Positions 55,909 to 64,000 of a stretch of DNA of 64,000 nucleotides are shown here, piece after piece (the stretch's first letter is position 1; each line of letters opens with the position of its first letter). The stretch is from contig JAPPFJ010000024.1 in assembly GCA_028877215.1 (NCBI GenBank), forward strand, positions 20,835 through 84,834, in the 5' to 3' direction. The notes below the pieces were generated by a model that did no database searches, was not told the origin of the DNA, and was given only the letters and a program-made list of their open reading frames with translations. A program made the translations under genes and the position numbers. This stretch comes from Gemmatimonadota bacterium (GTDB lineage: Bacteria; Latescibacterota; UBA2968; GCA-2709665).

Positions 55909-56535
55909 ATGCGCATCATCGCGATCGGTTGCGAGTACACCGGAAAAACAACCCTTTTCGACGGCCTCATGCAATGGGGGCGCGAACGGGGCATCGTCCA
56001 TCACCTGGACGATCACTTCAGCATTCCCGACTGCCAGATGCTCAAGACCGAAGGCGACCAGCGGATCATGCTGGGTCTGCCGGAAGCCATCAAGGAACGT
56101 TACCAGCGGTTCCAGCTCGCCTACCACGTCCGGCTGATCAACAAATATGAACACATTCTGCTGGGCGGGTTTCACATCGAGGAAAACATCTACGGTCCCA
56201 GGTACTATTACCCCGCTGTGGGCCGGCTCTCCGAAACGCCGAGAGCCTGGGAAGCCGAAATGCCCCGGGACACCATCCTGGTCCATCTCAAAGCCCGCCC
56301 CGACGTCATCGAGAGACGCATGGAAGAGGACCGCCATACGTATCACATTGTCCCAATGGAAGACATCCAGGATATTCTGGACGAATTCCAGGCGGAGTAC
56401 GGCGCCTGCTGGATCAGGCGCAGGTTTGAAATCGATACGTCCGATCTGACCCCGGACGGCCTCCTCCAGGCCTTTCTGGACGGCTCCGTCCCCTTCCTCA
56501 ACGACCGCGATATGCTTACCAGAATGAATACGTAA
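55909..56535 (+). CDS. P-loop NTPase (AAA/NadR-kinase-like)
   Basis: The ATG at 55909 follows AAGGAG. MRIIAIGCEYTGKTTLFDGL carries a Walker A-like GxxxxGKT motif. Confidence 0.65.
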   Translation: MRIIAIGCEYTGKTTLFDGLMQWGRERGIVHHLDDHFSIPDCQMLKTEGDQRIMLGLPEAIKERYQRFQLAYHVRLINKYEHILLGGFHIEENIYGPRYYYPAVGRLSETPRAWEAEMPRDTILVHLKARPDVIERRMEEDRHTYHIVPMEDIQDILDEFQAEYGACWIRRRFEIDTSDLTPDGLLQAFLDGSVPFLNDRDMLTRMNT

Positions 56536-56593
56536 GTGCGAACACGGGCAACCTGCGCACTGATCAAGGGCCGGTTGCGACTTCCCGGATTCC

Positions 56594-56622
56594 TTGACAG
56601 TGCATGGGGGTTTGCGTACTAT
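56594..56622 (+). promoter_or_regulatory. Near-consensus sigma70-type promoter
   Basis: TTGACA (56594-56599), a 17-nt spacer, then TACTAT (56617-56622), directly upstream of the small-gene islet. Confidence 0.45.
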
Positions 56623-56852
56623 TGTCAGATCATCCCAACAGACACATTCGTGCGGCCATTGCATACGCCCTGGAACACGGGTGGACGTTCCGAAAAGCGG
56701 GGCCACGCGCCCACACCTGGGGCCGTCTGTTTTGCCCGCTACGGGATCGGAGCGGCTGTGTCAGGGCTGTTTACTCAACGCCAAGGAGTCCTGAAGACCA
56801 TGCCAGAGTAATCCGACGGTCCGTTGCGAGGTGTCCGCATTACTTAATGTAG
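56622..56852 (+). CDS. Small conserved hypothetical protein (Cys/His-containing)
   Basis: The frame of track ORF 56604..56852 was used. Its product ...HIRAAIAYALEHGWTFRKAGPRAHTWGRLFCP...GCVRAVYSTPRSPEDHARVIRRSVARCPH looks like a real small protein family. The start is unresolved: the ATG at 56604 lies within the putative promoter, and the TTG at 56622 overlaps the -10. Confidence 0.45.
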   Translation: MSDHPNRHIRAAIAYALEHGWTFRKAGPRAHTWGRLFCPLRDRSGCVRAVYSTPRSPEDHARVIRRSVARCPHYLM

Positions 56853-56878
56853 GTGGTAGGTTGGAAAGGACTTTTGCA

Positions 56879-57133
56879 ATGGCAAAGTACGAATTTGCCT
56901 TGATACTAAAGGGTCAATTTGAATTGACCGAAGAAATCGCGGACGAATTGTTCGAGGCCGGATGCGACGACGGAACGCCCGGAGTGTGCGACGGAGTCTT
57001 CTCGATTGATTTTTGCCGTGAGGGTGTTTCCCTCGAAGCGACGATTCTTTCAGCGATCGCAAATGTCAAATCGGCAGGTTACGCCGTAGACCGAGCGGAA
57101 ATCGAAGCAGATGCCATTGCGCATACCGTGTGA
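56879..57133 (+). CDS. Small acidic hypothetical protein
   Basis: The ATG at 56879 follows GGAAAGGA. The product is MAKYEFALILKGQFELTEEIADELFEAGCDDGTPGVCDGVFSIDFCREG.... Confidence 0.5.
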   Translation: MAKYEFALILKGQFELTEEIADELFEAGCDDGTPGVCDGVFSIDFCREGVSLEATILSAIANVKSAGYAVDRAEIEADAIAHTV

Positions 57134-57307
57134 CGAAGTGTCCGCGAGTAGGTCGACAAATGCAAATGACGGTGAAAGTCCTTCAAGGCTGTCGCTTGTA
57201 TTAATTCGGACACAGTCCGAGCAGGGGCTTGGGCAATGGTTGTACGTCGAATGTCGTTCGAATTCCAAACTTGACTGGTCACCGTCGTATGGAACTGCAG
57301 CGAAAAC

Positions 57308-57538
57308 ATGGAAGATACATCTATAGAAAAAGACATCCTTGAAGAGACTCACAAGTTGAACGTGTCACAGCAGAAACGGGTGCTGGAGTTTGCCCGTTCA
57401 TTGTCACACGTCCAATCGGCAGGAATTCAAGGGAAATACCTGTTGAGGTTCGCTGGTGCGATCGACAAGGACAACCTTGAAGAAATAGCTCAAGCGATCG
57501 AAACGGGGTGCGAACGAGCAGATTGCAATGAATGGTAG
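57308..57538 (+). CDS. Antitoxin-like small protein (VapB/DUF2281-like pattern), with no cognate toxin gene adjacent
   Basis: 76 aa. The KRVLEFARSL motif and the C-terminal ...ETGCERADCNEW resemble antitoxins that normally precede PIN-domain toxins. The next gene is unrelated. Confidence 0.5.
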   Translation: MEDTSIEKDILEETHKLNVSQQKRVLEFARSLSHVQSAGIQGKYLLRFAGAIDKDNLEEIAQAIETGCERADCNEW

Positions 57539-57556
57539 ACTGAGAAAGGAAGTCAT

Positions 57557-58852
57557 GTGGACCTGAGTCGCCAACCGCCGCGCCGGCCTTCCAATGACTC
57601 GATCGCCGGAATCATCAACCTTGCCCGGATGACGGACAAGGCCCGCGCGTATAACAACCGTACGCTGGGTGAATTCCTGTACGGCGACGATTCGGGCCTG
57701 GACAAGATCCTGCTGGAATTTCTGGAGGTCTCGCACGACGACTTTGCCGATGCCGCCGGGCGCTATGGCGATTCGGATCTCGCGCGCTGGATACGTGAGG
57801 TTTCGGACCGGACGGACGAGGAGATCGACGCTTTCAATCAGTACCATCTCCAGCGCGAGCCGGACGACGAAGCGGGCAAACAGCGGCTGAAGGACCGCAT
57901 CGAGAAGTTCGCGCCCGGTCGAACCGACATCGTCACCGTATTCCAGTCCATCGAACTGGACGACTGGGCGAACTTCAGAGACGTGGATCTCACGAAAAGG
58001 GCTCCCAGGTCACCCTACCGCCGGGACGTCGCGGGGGTCTTCGGTCTGGCGCGAATGGCGGACAAGGCCCGCGCGGAACAGGCCGGAACGTCCGGAGAGT
58101 ATGTCTACAACTGCCCGATAGACCAGGCGATCACGGACTTTCTGGGATTCTCCGCGGAGGACTTTCAGGAAGCTGCCTACCAGAATCCGAACGACCTGGA
58201 ACTCGGGGACTGGGTCCGGGAACACACCCGCGCACACTCAGGCGACATATCGCAATTCAACCATCGAATATCCGGAAAAGGTCCGGAGAACATCAAGGAA
58301 TGCGCGGTCTTCAAGGCGGCGCTGGCGAATGCGGCGCCGAAACGCACCGACATCACCACGTGGTTCGACCTGCTCGACGTGGACGACGAGGTGTCTTTCG
58401 GCGTTGTAGATCTCACCCGCCATCCGCCGAGAAGCCCTTATGACGATTCCGTGGGCGGTCTCTTCGGCCTGGCCCGGATGATCGACAAGGGCAGGGCGGC
58501 AATCCACGATCTGCTGGGTCAGTACAAATACGCGGAAGATTCCGGCCTGGACAAGAAGATCGCGGAATTTTTCGGGTTTTCCATGGGCGACTTTACCGAT
58601 CTCATCAGGGCGGGCCGTACTGACGAAGAGATCCTTGCGTGGCTCAAAAGGAACCATGGCAAATCCGGCTCCGAGATCAGCGACTTCAACCGTGATATCG
58701 GCACCATCGAACCCTGGAACGAAAAGCGGCGCGCCTGGTTCCGCGGGGTTCTTGCAGGTCTGGATGAATCCCGTACCGATGTGACGACGTATATGGCCCT
58801 TATCGTACTGGACGACACCATCCACTTTGCCCGCCGGAAGACGGCGATTTGA
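57557..58852 (+). CDS. Protein composed of three tandem DUF5069-like domains
   Basis: The GTG start follows GAAAGGAAG. Three roughly 140-aa repeats each begin DL(S/T)(R/K)..PR.P.......G...LARM.DK.RA (residues about 1, 145 and 290). Confidence 0.7.
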   Translation: MDLSRQPPRRPSNDSIAGIINLARMTDKARAYNNRTLGEFLYGDDSGLDKILLEFLEVSHDDFADAAGRYGDSDLARWIREVSDRTDEEIDAFNQYHLQREPDDEAGKQRLKDRIEKFAPGRTDIVTVFQSIELDDWANFRDVDLTKRAPRSPYRRDVAGVFGLARMADKARAEQAGTSGEYVYNCPIDQAITDFLGFSAEDFQEAAYQNPNDLELGDWVREHTRAHSGDISQFNHRISGKGPENIKECAVFKAALANAAPKRTDITTWFDLLDVDDEVSFGVVDLTRHPPRSPYDDSVGGLFGLARMIDKGRAAIHDLLGQYKYAEDSGLDKKIAEFFGFSMGDFTDLIRAGRTDEEILAWLKRNHGKSGSEISDFNRDIGTIEPWNEKRRAWFRGVLAGLDESRTDVTTYMALIVLDDTIHFARRKTAI

Positions 58853-58925
58853 ACTTGATCCCGGCGGCCGAATATAGGCGATCTGTTTCCCGGACAAAAC
58901 TTCACGTCTCAATAGGAGAATCGGC

Positions 58926-59678
58926 ATGTCAAACCAGGAAGTCGCGCTGGCCAAATTCACCCGCAGAGAATTCCGGGAAGCCCTGGAAGCCGGTCGGTTC
59001 GGTACCGCCATCATACCCACCGGCAGCAATGAGCAGCACCTCGAGCACCTGGCCATGGAATACGACATCCGCGCGTCGACTTATGTGGCTACCGAAGCCG
59101 CCGGGAGGCTCTACCCCAATGTTGTCGTGAACGTACCGATGGCGGTCGGTATCTCCGAACATCACATGATCCATAAGGGGACCGTAACCGCTAAGCCCGG
59201 AAGCTGGCTGTCCGTACTTTTCGACGCCGTTGAGAGCCTGGTGCGACACGGGGTCGAAAACGTGCTGATTCTCAATGGACACGGAGGCAACGAAGCGCCC
59301 ATGATGGGCATCCTCCGGCAGTGGCAGCTCTTCTTTCAGCTCACCGCGCCGGACGCCAACGTGCAGTTTCATTCCTACTGGAACCTGAGTCGTGAGATCG
59401 CCGAGCAACACTGCACGAGCCGGGTGCCCGGCCATGCAGGCGAGTACGAAACCGCCATGGCCATGGTTATCTGTCCGGAGAACATCCGGCACGATGCAAT
59501 GCACGACCAGGAAAACCAGGAGCCCATGAAGGCGACCGAAGAATTGGGGAAAATTCTGGTTGAAGCCGCGGTCGGGAAAACCGTGGAATACCTCGAGGGC
59601 ATGATCGAGGCAACTAACCACGAGATACAGCCACACGTCTATTCGAAGGAAATGTACGCCGCGCAGGAGAAGAAATAA
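58926..59678 (+). CDS. Creatininase-family amidohydrolase
   Basis: AIIPTGSNEQHLEHL, ISEHH and LILNGHGGN are motifs typical of the creatininase family. Confidence 0.8.
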   Translation: MSNQEVALAKFTRREFREALEAGRFGTAIIPTGSNEQHLEHLAMEYDIRASTYVATEAAGRLYPNVVVNVPMAVGISEHHMIHKGTVTAKPGSWLSVLFDAVESLVRHGVENVLILNGHGGNEAPMMGILRQWQLFFQLTAPDANVQFHSYWNLSREIAEQHCTSRVPGHAGEYETAMAMVICPENIRHDAMHDQENQEPMKATEELGKILVEAAVGKTVEYLEGMIEATNHEIQPHVYSKEMYAAQEKK

Positions 59679-59714
59679 CCCTCCTGAATCGTGAACTGCC
59701 GGAAAGGATGAATC

Positions 59715-60953
59715 ATGACCGTTGAACGTGCAAGATACGGCGCGGATGCCGCCGCGGGGCTTGCCGGCACGCTGCCGCAGCCCTTTCCGCGCACCATCGG
59801 ACCCAACGCGACGACCTATCTCCAGGAGGTGGTCGACTCCGGTCTGACGTGCAACATGATCGGGCGATTTGAAGACGCGTTCGCGGAAGAAATGGGCGCG
59901 GAACACTGCATTGCCACGCCCGGCTGCACCCCCGCTCTGGCCGTTCTGGCCTGCGCGCTGGACTTCGAACCCGGTGATGAGATCATCGTCAGTTCAGCGA
60001 CGGACTATGGCACCGTGCAGGGTATCATCAGGGAGAGCTACATCCCCGTTTTCGCGGACACGGACGCCGGTACCATGATCAGCAGCGCGGCCACGATAGA
60101 ACCCTGTATAACAGACCGCACACGTGCGATTCTGGTTGTGCACATGACCGGTACGATTTGCGATATGGACCCCATTGTCGAACTCGCCGGCAAACACGGT
60201 CTCTTCCTCTATGAAGACGTCTGCCAGGCCGTCTTCGGGGAATACAGGGGACGGCTGGCCGGGTCTCTCTCCGATGCGGGCGCATTCTCCTTCGACTCGG
60301 AGAAAACCATGGGTTCGGACGTTGGCGGCTGTGTGGTGACCAACGACGATGATCTGGCCGAACGCATGCGTTTCATCGGCCACAGCCGCGGCGGCCAGAT
60401 GCTCGAGGGGTTCGGAAGGCAGCATGTCGTGCCCGGATTCGCCCACCGCATGCCCCAGTGCACGGCTGCGGTCACCCTGGCGCAACTCGAGATCATCCGA
60501 CCCAACGTGGAACAGCGCGACCGGATGATCCGCCTGCTCACCGAAAAACTGGATGAAATCCCGGGCATCACACCGCTTCCCATCCCGGACTATATGAACG
60601 TCTATTCCTGCTGGATGACCGGGTTCAGCGTCGATGCGGAGGCGTTCACCTGCACTCCCGACGCATTCGCGCAGCAGGTCGCGGACGCGGGTATCCCTGG
60701 CGCGGGCACAGGTCGTTATTACCTGATGCCCCCGGCTCTGCCGTTTCTCACCGAAAAAGCGGAAAAGAAGCTGCACCCCTATTCCATGCCGCCGGCTTCC
60801 AGAGAATACACGTACAGCGGGGATACGTGTCCCAATGCACAGCGCTTTCTGGAATCCTTCGTACGCTGGACGTCATTCTGCGAACGCTATGAACCCGAAC
60901 ACTGTGACCTCGCCGCACAAATCGTCAGGGAAGTGGCGGATCGAAATCGCTAA
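59715..60953 (+). CDS. DegT/DnrJ/EryC1/StrS-family PLP-dependent aminotransferase
   Basis: FEDAFAEEMGAEHCIATPGCTPAL, TRAILVVHMTG, YEDVCQA and FSFDSEKTMGS (PLP-Lys context) are colinear with the family. Confidence 0.8.
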   Translation: MTVERARYGADAAAGLAGTLPQPFPRTIGPNATTYLQEVVDSGLTCNMIGRFEDAFAEEMGAEHCIATPGCTPALAVLACALDFEPGDEIIVSSATDYGTVQGIIRESYIPVFADTDAGTMISSAATIEPCITDRTRAILVVHMTGTICDMDPIVELAGKHGLFLYEDVCQAVFGEYRGRLAGSLSDAGAFSFDSEKTMGSDVGGCVVTNDDDLAERMRFIGHSRGGQMLEGFGRQHVVPGFAHRMPQCTAAVTLAQLEIIRPNVEQRDRMIRLLTEKLDEIPGITPLPIPDYMNVYSCWMTGFSVDAEAFTCTPDAFAQQVADAGIPGAGTGRYYLMPPALPFLTEKAEKKLHPYSMPPASREYTYSGDTCPNAQRFLESFVRWTSFCERYEPEHCDLAAQIVREVADRNR

Positions 60954-61089
60954 AAGCGGTAGACGAAAGCCGGGAGAGGGTAGAGATCGCATGCCGTGTA
61001 AGGTTTCTTCTCATGCCGCAGGCGAGTCGGAGGGACATATCGGCAAGGATTTCTTCTCCCGTCTCCCGTCTCCCGTCTAACCGCCTTTT
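60952..61089 (+). repeat. PAL element, copy 5
   Basis: AAAAGCGGTAGACGAAAGCCGGGAGAGGGTAGAG...CATGCCGCAGGCGAGTCGGAGGGACATATCGGCAAGGATTTCTTCTCCCGTCTCCCGTCTCCCGTCTAACCGCCTTTT. It overlaps the TAA stop of the aminotransferase gene. Confidence 0.75.
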
Positions 61090-61107
61090 GGGTTCCAGGA
61101 GGTTCAG

Positions 61108-62163
61108 ATGTCAGGCACACGATACCGTGAAATCGAAGTCACCGGCTCGCCGTTTGAGATGGGGCGGCAGATCGGCGAGGCTGCCCGCGAGGAAGTGCGG
61201 GGCTTTGCGGATATCGCCCTCGAACGCGTGAACAAGAGTGTCAGCGTCCCGGTGGAAAGGGCGATGGGCGTCGCCCGGGACTGCATCCCGTACGTGGAGC
61301 GGTACGCACCCCACATGCTCGACGAGATGCGCGGCACGTCCGAGTCCTCCGGCGTCTCGCTGGACGATCTCATGATGCTCCAGATCCGCAATCAACTTCA
61401 GGCGGAAGCGGATTCGGGCTGCACTTCATTTTCACTTACCGCCCCCGCCGGACACGGCAATATTGTGGGCCAGAACTGGGACAACGACCCCGGGCTCAAC
61501 CCCTATACGATCGTCCTCACCCGCCGTCCGGAAGGAAAGCCCGCCATCCTGAACATTACCCAGGCCGGCATCATCGCCTACATCGGCCTGAACAGCGAGG
61601 GTATCGGGCTTTGCTTGAATACGCTACCCGCGCCCTCCCGTCCCGTGGGTGTGCCGCACTACTTCACGGTCCGCGGCATTTACGAAACGGCCACTATGGA
61701 AGACGCCGTGCAGGCGGTGCGAGGGGCGAGGCGCGCCATCCCCGCCAACATCATTCTCTCCACACCGCAAGGGCCCGCGGACCTGGAAGTGACCCTGGAA
61801 AACGTGCACGTGATCCGGGACGACGGCGTTGGCCTGGTGACCCATACAAACCACTGCGAGCATCCGGAACTGGCGCACAACAACGACGTCTTCCCCGAAC
61901 TCATCCAGTCGGGCGGCCGAAAAATCCGGATCCAGAAACTCTTCAATGAAATGGAACGCCCCTTTGCAATCGAAAGCCTGAAAGCCGCCCTGAGCGATCA
62001 CGAAGACCATCCCACCTCCATCTGCCGCCATCCCAACGATCATCCCACGACGGGGTACTGGGCGACCACGTTTTCCGTGATCATCGAAACCGATGCAGGC
62101 CGCATGCACGTGAGCAAAAACAACCCCTGCCAAAACCCGTACGAGACCTATTTGCTGAACTGA
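61108..62163 (+). CDS. C45-family peptidase / acyl-CoA:6-APA acyltransferase-like protein
   Basis: 351 aa. The GCTSFS nucleophile context and overall colinearity (GSPFEMGRQIGEA..., GQNWD) fit the family. Confidence 0.75.
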   Translation: MSGTRYREIEVTGSPFEMGRQIGEAAREEVRGFADIALERVNKSVSVPVERAMGVARDCIPYVERYAPHMLDEMRGTSESSGVSLDDLMMLQIRNQLQAEADSGCTSFSLTAPAGHGNIVGQNWDNDPGLNPYTIVLTRRPEGKPAILNITQAGIIAYIGLNSEGIGLCLNTLPAPSRPVGVPHYFTVRGIYETATMEDAVQAVRGARRAIPANIILSTPQGPADLEVTLENVHVIRDDGVGLVTHTNHCEHPELAHNNDVFPELIQSGGRKIRIQKLFNEMERPFAIESLKAALSDHEDHPTSICRHPNDHPTTGYWATTFSVIIETDAGRMHVSKNNPCQNPYETYLLN

Positions 62164-62205
62164 TCGGTTTGCGCTCTTGTGCGCTGTCTTTCGGGAACCG
62201 CCCGC

Positions 62206-64000
62206 ATGCCTCTCACGTCCAAACAGATCGCGCACGCGCTCTCGCGAAAGCTCCTGCGCAAGCGGCATACCCGCATTATGATGGATTATTATGCGGAAAA
62301 GCTGCCGCGTCTGGAACCGCCCGCGTCCCCCGCACAGTGGAAAAGCCGAACCGCCAGGATTCGCAGGGACCTCCTGAAGAAAGTCTTCCTGACCGGACTC
62401 GATCCGGACGTCAACGATCGTCCGCCGGACGTCCGCTGGCGGGGCGTTCTCAAGGGTAACGGCTACCGCATCCGGAAACTCCATTACGAAGGGTATCCGG
62501 GCATGCGGATCCCCGCGCTGCTGTACGAGCCCGAGAATCTGCGAGAAAAGGCACCGGCCGTACTCAACCCCAACGGTCACCATCGGGGCGGCAAGGCCAT
62601 GGACTACAAGCAGGCGCGGTGTATCAATCTGGCCAAACGCGGCATGCTCGCCCTGAACTTCGAATTCATCGGCATGGGCGAACTGCAGGGCTCTCTCAAC
62701 CATATGCAGCAGGCCCACGTCGACCTTTGCGGCGTCGCGGGCGTCAGCGCCATGTACCTGGCGATGAAACGCGGTCTGGACGTCCTGCTCGCTCACGAAC
62801 ACGCAGACCCCGACAGGGTGGCCATGACCGGTCTCTCGGGCGGCGGATGGCAGACGGCCGTACTCACGGCAATCGATGAACGCATTGGCGTGTCCGTGCC
62901 GGTTTCGGGACACTCTCCGATCTGGCATCGCGCGACCAGGCGATGGCAGGACCACGGCGACCTGGAACAGACGCCCGTCGATCTCTGCACCGTGGCGGAT
63001 TACGACACCCTCACCGCCATGTTTGCGCCCCGTCCGGCGCTGCTTGTACACAGCGTCAATGACAGCATATTTCGCCCGGAATTCATGCGGCCGGCCCTGT
63101 ATACGCCCGCCCGAAAGGTCTATGAGAGATTCGGCGCGTCCGATCGCATCGGTTTTTACGCCAATGAAGACCCGGGCACCCACAACTACGAGAAAGACAT
63201 CCGCGAGCGGCTATATGAACTCCTGAAGAAATCCTGGGACCTGGACATCTGCACCGAGGACATTCCGTGCGACGACGAGATACGCACCGAGTGGGAACTC
63301 AACGTGGGGCTGCCGCCGGGCAATCCCACGTTCCTCTCAATCGCCGCCGATCTCGCCGGACGCCTGCCCGTGAGACGGTCGACCGCCGATTCAAGGCAGC
63401 ATGACCGGAAGCGTCTTGCCAGGGTCCTGCGCCTGCCGTCCGCGTACACCGTGGAATCGCGAGCCGCCCTCAAGTCACGAACGCTGGCGGGGGTAAGCAT
63501 TTCGCATCATCTTCTGAAAATGGGCCGGTGGAACGTACCCGTCACGGAATTCGATCCGCAGGATTCGAACGACGTTCTTCTCATACTCCCGGAAAATGGC
63601 CGGGCCGGTACGGCGAGGGCTGTAAAGAACGCGCTCAAGGCGGGCAAACGCGTTTTCGCAGCCGACCTGCTTGCGTTTGGCGAACAGGTTATCGCGGATG
63701 GCGAGTATCACTACCTGTTTATGGAATGCATCGCCGCCGCCGGCGACCGTCCCCTGGGTATCTGTACGGCGCAGTTGCTGGCCCTCCGGCGCTGGATCGA
63801 GTCGAGATCCGGCATGCGTTCCATGGACATAAACACCCAGGGCCTTTCCACCGGCCTCATTGCACTGTGCGCGGCAGCCCTGCGGCCCCGTGGCGTCGAC
63901 GCATTGCGCGCCAACCTTCCCGACACGCTCCGCCGGCTTGTAGACTGGAGCGTGGACTACACGCAGGAGCCGGTTTCGTTCTGTTTCGGCCTGCTCGAGC
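62206..64000 (+). CDS. Alpha/beta hydrolase-fold protein (acetyl-esterase/dienelactone-hydrolase-like), 3' end beyond the window
   Basis: This ORF is not in the track because it runs off the edge. From the ATG at 62206 it translates MPLTSKQIAHALSRK... with no stop through position 64000. It contains RVAMTGLSGGGWQT (GxSxG nucleophile elbow). The listed 519-aa minus-strand ORF 61624..63183 is its antisense shadow. Confidence 0.7.
   Translation, partial: MPLTSKQIAHALSRKLLRKRHTRIMMDYYAEKLPRLEPPASPAQWKSRTARIRRDLLKKVFLTGLDPDVNDRPPDVRWRGVLKGNGYRIRKLHYEGYPGMRIPALLYEPENLREKAPAVLNPNGHHRGGKAMDYKQARCINLAKRGMLALNFEFIGMGELQGSLNHMQQAHVDLCGVAGVSAMYLAMKRGLDVLLAHEHADPDRVAMTGLSGGGWQTAVLTAIDERIGVSVPVSGHSPIWHRATRRWQDHGDLEQTPVDLCTVADYDTLTAMFAPRPALLVHSVNDSIFRPEFMRPALYTPARKVYERFGASDRIGFYANEDPGTHNYEKDIRERLYELLKKSWDLDICTEDIPCDDEIRTEWELNVGLPPGNPTFLSIAADLAGRLPVRRSTADSRQHDRKRLARVLRLPSAYTVESRAALKSRTLAGVSISHHLLKMGRWNVPVTEFDPQDSNDVLLILPENGRAGTARAVKNALKAGKRVFAADLLAFGEQVIADGEYHYLFMECIAAAGDRPLGICTAQLLALRRWIESRSGMRSMDINTQGLSTGLIALCAAALRPRGVDALRANLPDTLRRLVDWSVDYTQEPVSFCFGLLE

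Noticed and set aside
61624-63183. 519-aa minus-strand ORF listed in the track.
   Set aside because: It lies antisense to the C45 gene end and to an unlisted + strand ORF (62206 to the window end) that carries a GLSGGG serine-hydrolase motif. Its own translation is shadow-like.
1-64000. tRNA, rRNA or other classical RNA genes.
   Set aside because: No cloverleaf-like or rRNA-like segment was noticed while reading the intergenic regions. This is a by-eye negative and not exhaustive; tRNAscan or Infernal should be run.

Overview
GC-rich bacterial DNA, probably a metagenome-assembled or uncultivated lineage; no rRNA or tRNA was seen, so taxonomy is open. Many long antisense ORFs in the track are GC shadow ORFs.

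The window has two parts.

(1) Positions 1 to about 35.4 kb form an accessory-looking region, coded almost entirely on the + strand (the toxin-antitoxin pair at 25.8-26.5 kb is the exception). Two expanded families of exported repeat proteins dominate it.
- Seven paralogs (one truncated by the window edge) of large signal-peptide proteins combining TPR repeats, a GWxTD-type domain and a C-terminal beta-sandwich. They fall into three subfamilies.
- Eight paralogs of roughly 370-aa seven-bladed Kelch-like beta-propeller lipoproteins. Six of these sit head to tail at 27.7-35.4 kb.
- Interspersed with them: an alkaline-phosphatase-family gene broken by an in-frame TAG, a secreted FN3-containing protein, a HigB/RelE-like toxin with an XRE antitoxin, and a separate XRE regulator.

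(2) Positions 35.8-64 kb are more ordinary mixed-function DNA:
- a TlpA-like thiol-disulfide oxidoreductase;
- an HpcH-family aldolase and two Gfo/Idh/MocA oxidoreductases;
- recJ;
- a response regulator, YbjN/YjfI-like protein, PspA and DUF4178 operon, convergent with an operon of DUF1190-like lipoprotein, DUF350, SDR and membrane-fused spermidine-synthase-like protein, plus an RraA-family gene;
- a large heparinase II/III-like protein and cutC;
- a P-loop ATPase and a small-gene islet containing an orphan antitoxin-like gene;
- a triple-DUF5069 protein;
- a creatininase-family, DegT-aminotransferase, C45-peptidase and alpha/beta-hydrolase cluster.

The intergenic DNA is unusually rich in at least five families of interspersed structured repeats. 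One is a 199-bp MITE-like element. Two of its near-identical copies lie in inverted orientation around a 5.7-kb segment. Another is a roughly 120-bp palindromic element that sits on or against stop codons.

The most interesting candidate for an undescribed system is the co-amplified GWxTD/TPR plus Kelch-lipoprotein locus. Its function cannot be read from sequence alone.
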